This document shows, piece by piece, positions 1 through 11,100 of a stretch of 64,000 nucleotides of DNA. A model generated the notes under the pieces. The model was not told the DNA's origin, did not search any database, and worked only from the letters and a program-made list of their open reading frames with translations. The stretch's first letter is position 1. The number at the start of each line of letters is the position of its first letter. The DNA is from Lingula anatina. Lineage: Eukaryota > Animalia > Brachiopoda. Where the stretch lies: contig CM120640.1 of NCBI GenBank assembly GCA_051362555.1, positions 33,189,967 to 33,253,966 on the forward strand. The letters are read 5' to 3'. A program made the translations under genes and the position numbers.

Positions 1-537
1 CTGTATTTGAGTAATATTGGAAGTTTGGAGACAATAGGTCAAGTGCTTTTCCAATTAATTTGTCATCTGATATGCTGAAAAAAGCTGAAAAAAGACTACC
101 TTATAGATAAACGGGCTGATCAATCTGTTTTTCGAACTTGATCTGCAATTTATGAATATTCATATGCAGATAAGAGAAGACCTAAGTAACCAGCTATGTA
201 ACAGCAATAAAATTTTTTTTTTTAAATTTATTTGTTCTCATCTACCCAGACAGCTCATTTAAACTGTTTGATTCTACATAGCCTCATAATGAACATATTG
301 ACTTTACTAAAATTTAAACCCTTCATCATTTTTTATTTCAATAGACAACATCAAGTTTATGTCCCTCTGGCTTAAAATTGAGGACAGAAGACAAGCAGCA
401 GGTTAAAGAACATGCCAATGAAGTAAAGTGAGTACCACTGGTTAAGTAAAGAAGTTTCAACCCATTTAGTGTGTCACATCAGAGAGTAAAAAAAAATCAT
501 TACCTGAAGAACCAGGAAATTTTTTCTGGACATTTTA

Positions 538-773
538 GGCTTCGTTCACATGGAAAGTCTATTTTCTAAAAATCTATTTTCTATTCACGGTATCTTATGA
601 TCACGGTCTGTGCCCTGAATATCCCGTGGCATAATTACTGGCAGCGCGAGCCAGTTACTTATACAAAGCTGTAATTAATTCTCGAGATATTCAGGGCACA
701 GACCGTGATCACAAGATATACCGCAAATAGAAAATAGATTTTTAGAAAATAGACTTTCCATGTGAACGAAGCC
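538..773. mobile_element. PIF/Harbinger (Tourist-like) MITE
   Basis: Long near-perfect inverted repeats (GGCTTCGTTCACATGGAAAGTCTATTTTCTAAAAATC... / ...GACTTTCCATGTGAACGAAGCC) with TTA duplicated on both sides (535-537, 774-776). Confidence 0.85.
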
Positions 774-1601
774 TTAGTGTTCACTGATATTTTCCCCAAT
801 AAATTACTTTAAACCATGACCATTATCAAATTTTTGACTAAGCTGATTCCATGACATTTGAATGGTTTTTTAAATGTTATATTTGATTATCTTTCACTGC
901 TTCCAAATTCTCAAATTCTTGACATCAGCAATACTCTGTATTTGACAGGGACTTATGATCTAGATATCAGGATTGTAGTAAAATGATCATTTCTATATCA
1001 TTTGCAATAGTTTTTTTCAAAATAGATAATATCCCAAATTATCTCCTTTATACAATAGTACCAATGAAGAAAAGAAGAAGCTTTGGAATGAAATTGATGA
1101 AAAAAAAGCAAAGGTATGTACATTAACAAATAACAGCATGAACTGTTGTGTACTTTAAGAGGAATTTTGCCATCATAAATTCAGAAATATTTTTATGCAA
1201 AATATATCTGTTGTTGCAACAATTTCTGCCACCACAGCTATTTAAAAAGTAAAATACTTAACAACAAAGGTGCTTTTTAAAATATGCAAAATGGGGCAAC
1301 AGCAATATAATCTTTTCAACACGTTCTATTATCTTAGCAAATGTTGGTATTATCCAGCAACGATGAGAACGTAATTCTACCAAGTACAGGTGGATATATA
1401 TGTGTAGGCCATCCTGAGTACAGGGACCAATATCATCATGCTTACACTTCTCCTGATCAGGTAAGAAGAATGAAATAGTAAACAATATAATAGCTATACA
1501 ATATAAAAATTTGTAAATTAATTTTGCACCAACAAAAACTGGCAATATATTCCTACTTTAGTTCAAGCCCTGTTTCACAAATAAATTTAAATCCATGGTT
1601 A

Positions 1602-2136
1602 TAGTGGGGCAGTTATCCACCATAATTGTTCATTTTTGTGATAGAAGCATGAAACTTGGCCAGACTGCTTAAAATGCTGCTGACAGTAGTAATTTTGGAT
1701 ATAGAACCTGCACCTACTGACCCCATGGTACCCATTTTCCGATATGTTTGCCAGCAGCATATGTGCATGTGACAATTAAATTGGCAAATGTTTTCAGTAT
1801 TGTACGTAGATATGTTTGATTGGAACAGAAATGTTTCTGTGATACTGAAACACCCTCAATTCAATAATACCAGGTCATTATGCAGTATGGTTGCCAATCT
1901 AAGATGGTGTGTGGCCTTGTGGCTTCTTCCTGAAACACAACTTAGTCATGCATGATCTTTGTAATGTTAATAACAAAGTGTTAAATCCAGATACCTGACT
2001 TGAAAGTAAAACTGAGGGTTACTTGGGCACTTTCTTTAATCTGTGCTTGCCATTATAACAGAGGGTAGCTGTCAATGAAGGTCTACATGGTTTGATGGCA
2101 AGTATAGATTTCAGAATAATTGGGATAACCACCATT
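1602..2136. mobile_element. Degenerate non-autonomous DNA transposon (possibly Academ-like)
   Basis: Imperfect inverted ends TAGTGGGGCAGTTATCC and GGATAACCACCA; no ORF. Superfamily is a guess from the TAG start. Confidence 0.3.
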
Positions 2137-2942
2137 TTGGTGGTAAAATGGAATTTATTACATTCTATATGTTATTCACAATGCATTTATTGTGGAATAT
2201 GAAGAGTTGTTATCCCTTTGATATTAAGTAACGAAGTGATAAATCATTTCAGAATATGTCATATCAGTTCAAGGAAGATACAAGAGAAATGAGAAAAAAG
2301 AAAGTTGAAAGCTATGGACAAAATAAGCCTCTAAAAGAGCCAAAGCAAGTTACAGATAAAGATGGAGATAGTACATCTGATGAAAGTGCTACACCCTCAG
2401 TGAATTCGCCAGATTTCTCTCCCAAAGATAGAAATATATCCCCTATTACAAATGTAAAACAGGATAACACTCCTTCTTCAGCTGCTCTGACAAAAAAGAC
2501 TACACCATCTCTAAAGAATAAAAGGAAGTATTCTGCTGCAAATCCAACAAAGGAAAACACTCCCCCCTTACAAACTCTGCTGGAGAAGACCAAGTCAGCT
2601 CCAGATGAAGAAAGTGAATCTTCTGCTATCAATTGTTGGTCAGAGCAAAGATCTGCTCTAGACAAAGATGAAGCATCAGAGGGTTTTAAGACCAAGCCCC
2701 CATCACCAGACATACTTCAAGAAGAAAAAATTTATTTTCATGACCCACATCCACCAGGTTACACCAAGTTTAATAACATTCTGATGAAAAAGAGCTCCAT
2801 ATTTTTTATCTTCAGTATCATTCTAGTATTTTTCCCTTTGGTTGCAAATGCTCCTGATGTACCACAACCAACAAATGTTAATATTCCAATGGCAGTTGAT
2901 GGCATTGACATAAATTCACATGATGTTCATCCTGTTAACCCA

Positions 2943-3244
2943 CAACTCCCAGTACAAGTTCAAGATAACGGTGAGGATATCCATCACCAGGCAGGTCAGC
3001 AACAAGCGGTAAATCTTACACAATACCATGATCTTCATCATGTTCACCTACAACTCCCAGTACAAGTTCAAGATAATGGTGAGGATATCCATCACCAGGC
3101 AGGTCAGCAACAAGCGGTAAATCTTACACAATACCATGATCTTCATCATGCTCACCTACAACTCCCAGTACAAGTTCAAGATAACGGTGAGGATATCCAT
3201 CACCAGGCAGGTCAACAACAATAAGGGGTAGATCTAACATTATA
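2943..3244 (+). repeat. 108-bp (36-aa) coding tandem repeat, about 2.7 copies
   Basis: Units start at 2943, 3051 and 3159; translation QLPVQVQDNGEDIHHQAGQQQAVNLTQYHDLHHVHL. Confidence 0.95.
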
Positions 3245-4907
3245 CAGTGCCGCCTGAAATTCCCCTTACCAAATGGCCACATGGTCTCCCAACCCTGCCC
3301 CGTATGGTCGAACAATAGAGGCCACATGATAATTACAGGGTAGGGGAATCCTCAAGTAATCCTTATCGGACACCCAAATTAGTCAGTTCAACGAACAGGC
3401 TCTGCCCCTTATTAATTGCCTCACTTAAGGTTTCTATTATAGCTGATGCAAAGAGATTGCTATAGACACGAGCAAACAATACCGGGTTATGTTATATCAA
3501 CTGCAACAGAATACTAGAGTAAATGCACGTCAAATATGAGAACAAAACTCTGAAGAACAAATCGGGCTTAGTTTTAAAACATGTATAACAATTTTATTTG
3601 AGGTTCACTTGATAATAATAAGTCACGACACAAGCGTAGTTAAAATGGAAAATTTTAAATAGCTACTATATCAAATAAATATCAATGTCTCATTATCTTT
3701 ATTACATGTGTTGCTAGTTTAGTAGCCTGATGAATGACCTTCTCTCTCATTCATGCTGGAATCACTTCTTTATGTAATTAATAAATTTATTACACTTTTA
3801 TGCGGTAATATTTTCCCATGCCTCTCTAATGCCTTCAACAAGTTGTTCTCTCGTGGTAGGCTTAACACCCGTACGCAGGTGATGTTTGATTTCAGCCCAT
3901 ACGTTTTCAATAGGGTTAAGGTCGGGGCTTTCTGGAGGGGTGCGAAACCAATTATTACCATGTTGCTCAATAAAATTACCTGTACTCTCAAAGAGATGTA
4001 TTTTTAGTTTTGATGCCACCAATTCATCATTCTTGGTCATCTCCTTGTCTATAACGTTCATGTGGCACCGGTGTCTTATCGGAATACCAAACCCTTCGTA
4101 GTATTTCTTCAACACATAGTAATGGCTTGTCGCGACATATAATGTAGTGATTATGCAATAACGGGCAAGAAAATATGCAAAGCTCAGTTCATGGTGAAAA
4201 AGTAGGTCAAAGGTCAATTTCAATATCATAGTATATGAATTTCTATTTAAGTTCAATAGTAACCATGGGCATTTCTTTGCCAATTTTGCAGATTTAAAGG
4301 CCGGAAAACATGCAAAACACAATTCATCATAAAAAGTAGGTCAAAGATCAATTTCAAGGTCACAGATTGCCAGTGTATTACTTCCTATTCAAGTTCAATT
4401 ATACATTACTGTGCTGCACATTTTGCTTTCACCACCACAATGTACTTTTTGATACAGCATAACTGGAAAACCGTATGGAATACAAAAAAACGGAGACCAC
4501 CTCCAGTGTTGGGCTTTTCATGCTCTACGAAATGCAAAAAAGAATGGGTCTCTAGCATTAACAGTTCCCGAATTAGAGACAGTTTTCAGTTTCGGTATCT
4601 TATGTCTGCTACTCCCGTGAAAATGCACCGATTGACCCCAAATTCATGGAGATGAAAGATATCCCGTGTAGTTTCTGAATATCAGCACAAATAATTTTTT
4701 TTCGTAAAAAAATTCTTTTTGAAAATTTTGGCCCGTTTGACCTTGAAATAAAGGTCAAAGGTCAAATCCAAGAGCATATTTGAAATCTCCACATGACTTC
4801 ACGTCCACGTCTAAAGAAAATTTTCCCATAATTCCTTCCATAGGGTAGATAATTAGCATTTAATTTTGCCATTTTTGGACAAGGGTGCATTGCAGTGAGT
4901 GCCACAC
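3245..4907 (-). mobile_element. Internally deleted, inactive Tc1/mariner (IS630-Tc1-mariner) element
   Basis: Minus-strand remnant ~3720-4140 contains WFRTPPESPDLNPIENVWAEIK, the third catalytic-residue motif of Tc1-like DDE transposases, followed by in-frame stops. Left end is TA|CAGTG at 3243-3249. Right end is only loosely complementary, so that boundary is approximate. Confidence 0.75.
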
Positions 4908-5120
4908 CTAGACCCCAGCACCGACAAAGCCCATATTTTACGTGGAACGAGTTGAGATTATAGGTGACCTAAATCCAACAGATGGGTACAGAGGCCCATA
5001 CTGTCTAGGAGGAGAAGCGGTAATGGTGAGATGGCGGCGGAGCCAGAGGAGCAGGCGGAACATGCAGGTCGGGACTAAAACCATGTGTACCGCCAGCGTC
5101 TACGCTGGTAGTACAATAAA
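4908..5120 (-). mobile_element. Helentron/HINE-like 5' terminus
   Basis: Minus strand reads TTTATT-GTACTACCAGCGT-AG-ACGCTGGCGGTAC (terminal palindrome next to a T-run), then a C-rich low-complexity tract and CTTCTCCTCCTAGAC; the layout resembles DINE-1/HINE 5' ends. No matching 3' end found in the window. Confidence 0.5.
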
Positions 5121-5148
5121 CAAAGTTAAGAATGAAATGACTTTTTAC

Positions 5149-8100
5149 CCAATTTTTTCAGGTTTGTCAGGGTCAGCCAATGTGGTCATCACTTTGTCGT
5201 AATATCTGGCCAGATAGAAATGACCATCCTCCCAGTCATTATACACATCAGTCACTTCTTTGTACAGCTTGAATATAGCATTGGTTTCCATGCTGGCAGT
5301 TTCTTCACTATAGCGGGCATACAGCAGCAATGCCTATCACAAGATAGATGTTACAGGTCATTTCAATTGTTTCTTGCTTCCTCAATCAACCATTAAGTAC
5401 ACTACAAGTAGTTCACTACTGATAAATAAGCACACACCAATCCACCTAAATACACATGCACAGGTTGCATGCTCACACACAAATAAAAATGCACACACAA
5501 TAATATGTTATATGAAAATTGACAGCTTAACATCATTATAAATCCACCCTCTGCCTATTTATAAATAAGGTAATGTTAAAACACAAATGATAAGTGTCAA
5601 ATGTAGAGTCTTAACCACTAACTTGTATCTTCTTATAATGTATGTTATATAACACTGTAAATATATATATATTTTTTCTTGTAGTAGTAAGAGACTTGAA
5701 ATGTAAAACATTTTTGTGCTCAATAAGATCATTATCATTACATACATCCAGATGGTCACACACAAATAACACTTTCCACAATCAATCAACCATCTGGTTT
5801 ATTTCTAAATCATAAAATTTTCAAATTTACAAACCATTTTTCTATTTGAAAAAATTAGGATTCAGTCTGCCACTCTTTGCATACAAACCCACTGGAAACT
5901 TATTTTCTCAATAAATCAAATCTACCTTTGCAAACTCTAGTCTCTCTGCTCTTGCTTCCTCTGAACCACCTTGCTTCAGCTTAGACTTATCAGAATAGAA
6001 CTGTGCCACGCCTTTTTCCAAGCAACTTTGGGCTTGGTCATAGTCACCCTAGATAGATAACTCACAACAATATTATAACTTGCTTCTCCTATACAACAAT
6101 TATGCTTTTGCTTAGAACCAAAATCATATTTTTCTTTCTTTTCCTTTTTTTCATATCATTGTGAAATACATGATGAAATCAAAGATCAGATACAATTATC
6201 TTTAATAGTAAGAGAGAAGATTGATCAAACTGAGAAGCTCTAACTACCTTATGCCATAACCATTTTGCTTTCTCCACACAAAACTCTGGCAGGTTGAAGG
6301 CGCTGGCATTCAGCAAAGTTCCGTATGCCGTCTGGAGATGACCAGCTCTGAAAATTTCAATTAAAAGGACGACACAAATGGAGTGATACTTGTATTTCAA
6401 ACAGAAACTATGATTCCATTCAAATAAATGTGCAAGTGCTAATATGCTAAACTGTTTAAAATTCAGCAGATTCAAAAATGCAACTTTTAATTATATTAAT
6501 GCAATCTTTTAAAGATTTCTCTTATTTTATAAAACACGATTCCATCTAGTATACAGTCCATTTTGATACACATACTTCCTGGCCACCTTGGCACTCCTTA
6601 GCCACAATCTTCCGATGTCTCTGTCTACATTCACGTCTTGCTCCTGGTTGACTAGACGTAAAATCACCCTTTGCAGAGTTAATAAAGGTTCCTGGACTCT
6701 AAAGGATGACTGGGAAAATAAGACAATGTCTATCATTTGGGGCATTTGTTTTCATTTAATGAATTACTTCAAATTGTTTGACATTTCTGTGTATTTCTGT
6801 GAGTAAAATGTAAATAAACCCAAATAACGTTTTTTTAAGATAATGCAATGAAAAAAGTCATAAATAAGGATAAGGACTTTTAAAACATGAATACAGAAAA
6901 CCAACAATAAAACTTGACATTTGATGAAATGCAGTTTAACAATACTGACAACAATTATCATTTACAGCCACATGTGATCCCTCACAGACATTCAGTTGAT
7001 CAGTCATAATTACAATAACTAGCTGCGTTCACTGCAGAATAAAAATCATGTTTCTTTTAACAAAAAGAAAAAGACCAAAACTTACTTGTGCCAGTTGCAG
7101 CCTGGAGTCCCAGTATGGGAGAAGTTTCTGGAAAGTAATGGGAGTAGTGCCATCTGTTGCTGTGTGTGGGAACTGTAATAGCGTCCTGGCACCCTGCTCT
7201 ATTTCATTCAACATATGGAGCCTACAGAACAATTAAAAGTTGCACAATTTAATTTTAAAAAAATTGCTGTGTGCGCATGTGCATATGTGTGTGTGCATGA
7301 ATGCTATTAGAGATAATGAAGAAACAAATAATTTAAACAATCACTTTCTTGTTCACATAAGCATGAGCTATTATATCATTTTTTCTTAATGCAAATCCTA
7401 GAAGTCTTACCTGACAATATATTCGTATCCTCTTTGATATGAGCCCTTCTCCATACTGGCAGCTGACAGAGGCCCCATCTGTGTGCTACGCAGGACACGA
7501 AGTTGATCTAAAAACTCACTCTCTTTCTGCAAAATATTGGAAATATAAGATGTTACGTGTCTGATAGTTTATCATATCAGCATATTTATCAATTAAAACA
7601 TTACGATTCAATTACCCCAATGATTTACAGAATATTTTTGTATACTATTTGCAATTTAATCAATACACACCTCAATTTCACATTTTCTTTTACAAATCTG
7701 ACAAACAAACAAACAAACAAACAAGTATAATGTGCAATAAAACTTAAGATATACTCAAAAAGCTCTCTGAATTTTCTTTCAATTGAGAGATTAGCAGCTG
7801 TGCTTACCTTATACTTGGCTGCCAACAAAACCTGCCCTAAGCCCACTCCCCAGCTCTGCTGTTTGTCCTCCTGAAAAAAAAATAAATAAAAACAAAACCA
7901 GTCACCAATGTCAACAACCCCGGTGTTAAATAGCTACAGGAATACATAATTGAGGAAAATGGGTTTTGGGAAAGATATCAGCCTAGGCAAACACTGAACG
8001 TGTTAACAGAGAGATAGATAATTCTGTATTCACATACCACATTAAGGAAAGTTTCCAGTTTGTCCCAACTGCCCAGCTTCCAGGAGGCCTCGGCTCTGTA

Positions 8101-11100
8101 TGCATTGATACTGCTACTCCACTGAGGCCTGAAATAGAATTTATATATGGAAACTGGTAAAATACTCTACATGAAAAATGTATCACTGCCTTTAAAAAGT
8201 GCTTATTAGAGACAGAAGTTCATTAAAACATTCAATTCCTTTTTTTCTCAAACACAATAAAAAGTCTAGTAGGCAGAAATCTTTCAATTTATTATGCTAC
8301 TTGGCTGATACAGACATTTTGAAAAAAAAAAGACATCTTTTAATAAGCAGTACTAACTTGCTATGCAGCACCCCATCTGCATGCACCAGAGCTGTGTTGA
8401 GCTGCCCAAGGTCCATCAAGGTTTTCATCAGGCCCTGATGATGGCTGACTTCATCTGGCTCCAACTGGATAGCTCTCTCGTAACAAGATGCTGCCTCTCG
8501 CAGCTGGCCTGTACAAGAGGAATTTTTTTTTGTGTGTGTGTGCATGCGTGAGTACGTGCATATCAATGAATACAACAAAAGGCCTACGATTTTGTTCTCA
8601 AGAAGCAAACACTTAGTGCATTCAATGATTTTTCAGTTTTAAGATTTTTATAAAAATTACAATAAATATGAAACATATTACTATTACTAGTATTAGAGTA
8701 AGTAATCTTTGTGTCCACACAAAATTTCTATTGCATGCAGAAGCAACATGACATTTATAAATCTTTTAGTTATAATGAAAATTCCTTCACAAATCAAAGC
8801 AATATTCTTACCTATGCTTTCATGAGCTAGTATTTGTTCTGTAAGAGTTGGGGGATCCTTTCTTATGGCAGTCACACCAGCCACACCATCAGGCTCATCC
8901 ATGGCTACATACAGTTTCTGGAAGTGGAGCATGTTTTGAAAATTTTTGTACCAATAATGTGTATAAATAATGTACGTAGACATTTCGTTTCCATGTTAAA
9001 TTTAAAAAATACAAATGACAGTGACATTAATCAATGTTTACAAGGTCACTTTCAGACCATATAATCACACAAAAATTATTGAAAATGCGAGTATTGCCTT
9101 TTTTTACAAAACTAAAAATTTCACCAATATACATACCTGTAAGAAATCTAAATGTTCATGCATTATCTGTTCAGATGGTTTGATGAATTGTTCAAGGTGC
9201 ATGAGTGCCCTTGTGTAGGCCTTGCAGTTGTAGGAAGCCTCTGCCAGGGTGTCCTGTGGAATCTTATCCAGGAACAACTTGATACTGTGGTATTCTGGAT
9301 CTCTAGCATAATCAGCTTCTGAAAGTAAAACATGAAACAATATGTTTTCATAATTTTGTTTCTTGTTTTTTCCTTCTCTTTTTTTTCAGTTTCTCAGGCA
9401 AAGGAGAAAACATACACTTGTATAATATTACACAAAAATTAAACAGCACTTAATGCTATGATTAAAACTATAACTATTCACTCCTACTCCTATTTCTTCT
9501 GAAATCTTAGTTTCCCAAGTAGTTCTCTAAAATATTAATGACAATAAAACAGCTGATATCTACTTTCAAAAACCAGCACCATACCTGATTTAGCCCTCTG
9601 ACTTGAATGTGCTAAGTGCTGGAGCTTGTGTCTCTTCCATTTTGTCAGGTGATCCAGCACTGAGAAGACAGTCTGTGCACTCATGTGGCGGAAATCTGAG
9701 GCGCTACCCTGACGTGTGTCTGGCTTCTTCACATGGTCCAGCACAGAGAGCACTTCTTCGTATATCTGTTCAGATGAATGAATAAATCAATCAATAAGCA
9801 AAAATAATTATAAAGTAAGGTACACAGGTTACACACACAATCAAAAGCTAGACACATAGGAATTCTGTAAAGTCACACAATTCTCAGTTAATTTGAAAGA
9901 TACAGCATCAGTTACAAAAAACTTCAGCAAGAAAACAGATGATCAAAGTGTCTTTATCATCATAATTATTTTGATAATTTTATTTTCAATATTGCTGTTA
10001 CCCCACTATAAACCAGCATACCTCCTGATGCTGAGCAGCATCTCCATCTAGTAGCACCTGTACCACAATGTGTGGCAGCAGATACAGGGCACACTGGGTG
10101 TCATGCTTGAACACTGCACTGCAGGCTCGGAACACTTTGGAAGCTTTTGGTAGCTTTACCTGAAATCAACGTAGGTATATAAAAAGATCATACAATCTTT
10201 AAATATTTTTGTTCTTCTTGTTCTTTGATATTTTTGTTGTTTTTTACAATTCCACCGATTGGAAGGTTAACATCAAAGAGCTTCTGGAAACTTTGCTGAA
10301 GCTGATGGGAGAAACTGTTGACAGATTAAATCTTTCATTTCTCAGCATCTACCAAACAAATTTAGATCAGCAAAAATTGGCTTTAAACAAGATCTTACCT
10401 TTGAGACCAAACTTGTTGACCAAGTGCTCACCCACTCCTTGAAGTTGCTGCCTTTGCGACTTCCATAGATGGGATGTGGTAAATTTGACCAGCTGTTTGT
10501 CATATTGAGGACATATCTGAGGAGAAAGAATAATTAATGAAAAAATGTGGCATACAGTTGAGCAAGATATATAGTTGTTTAATAATGTCTATGTTTTCTT
10601 AAAATGTTAGACTATATGGACTAGAACATGAAAAATAAATTCCTCATCATTAAATTTCAATCAAATCAAGACAAAAGAAAGTGTTGTGTTCTAAACAGGC
10701 TAAAAAAGAATACAAAAAAAATTAGATATCAGTTCCCTTATTAAACTTCACTTATGCCTCTTACCTAGACTTAAGAAGTGGAGTGAGAATTTCTTTCACA
10801 TGTTCTGAAAAACGCCTCCACAGTTTCACACCTGGTTGGTCTGGCTCTCCAGTGTCCTTGACCTCATACGCCTGGAGAACATCTTGGATAGCAAGGGAAC
10901 AACAGTCCTATGGTAAGAGAAAAAAACGGGGGATGTCAAATATTTGCATTATTTTTTGTCTTTATAAATCAAATACTTCCCTTTTTTAATTCAATGAACT
11001 ATTATACAATTAAATAAACATAAGATGGTCAAGTTCACATTTCTCCTTTTTCAAAAGTTTCCCATACCTGTGCAGTATCTTGTGCAGCCAAGAATGTCCT

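Larger units (their letters stand above)
1..3244 (+). pseudogene. Decayed multi-exon gene of unknown family, nested antisense in an ATR intron (exons ~1-186, 345-427, 1059-1113, 1338-1460, 2253-~3244)
   Basis: Exons 345-427 (phase 0 to 2), 1059-1113 (2 to 0), 1338-1460 (0 to 0) and 2253 onward have canonical AG/GT ends and splice into one frame: TTSSLCPSGLKLRTEDKQQVKEHANEVN-TNEEKKKLWNEIDEKKAK-QMLVLSSNDENVILPSTGGYICVGHPEYRDQYHHAYTSPDQ-NMSYQF..., joining ORF 2256-3224. The first exon has TAA (12-14), a 10-bp duplication (74-93) and TGA (139-141). The 3' end has TAA (3222-3224) and a transposon insertion. No recognisable domain. Confidence 0.65.

Noticed and set aside
139-141. In-frame TGA as possible selenocysteine
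   Set aside because: The same exon has a TAA and a frameshifting duplication, and I saw no SECIS; decay explains it better.
1258-1545. 95-aa minus-strand ORF that looks like a signal peptide plus Cys
   Set aside because: It is the antisense of the plus-strand exon 1338-1460 and AT-rich intron; no splice or homology support.
2312-2713. 133-aa minus-strand ORF
   Set aside because: Shadow of the low-complexity plus-strand ORF; it does not resemble the expected next ATR exon.
2943-3244. Repeat array as CRISPR-like
   Set aside because: Units are contiguous with no unique spacers, keep the reading frame, and the context is eukaryotic.
4942-5202. 86-aa plus-strand ORF
   Set aside because: Spans a transposon terminus and the antisense of an ATR exon; no coding support.
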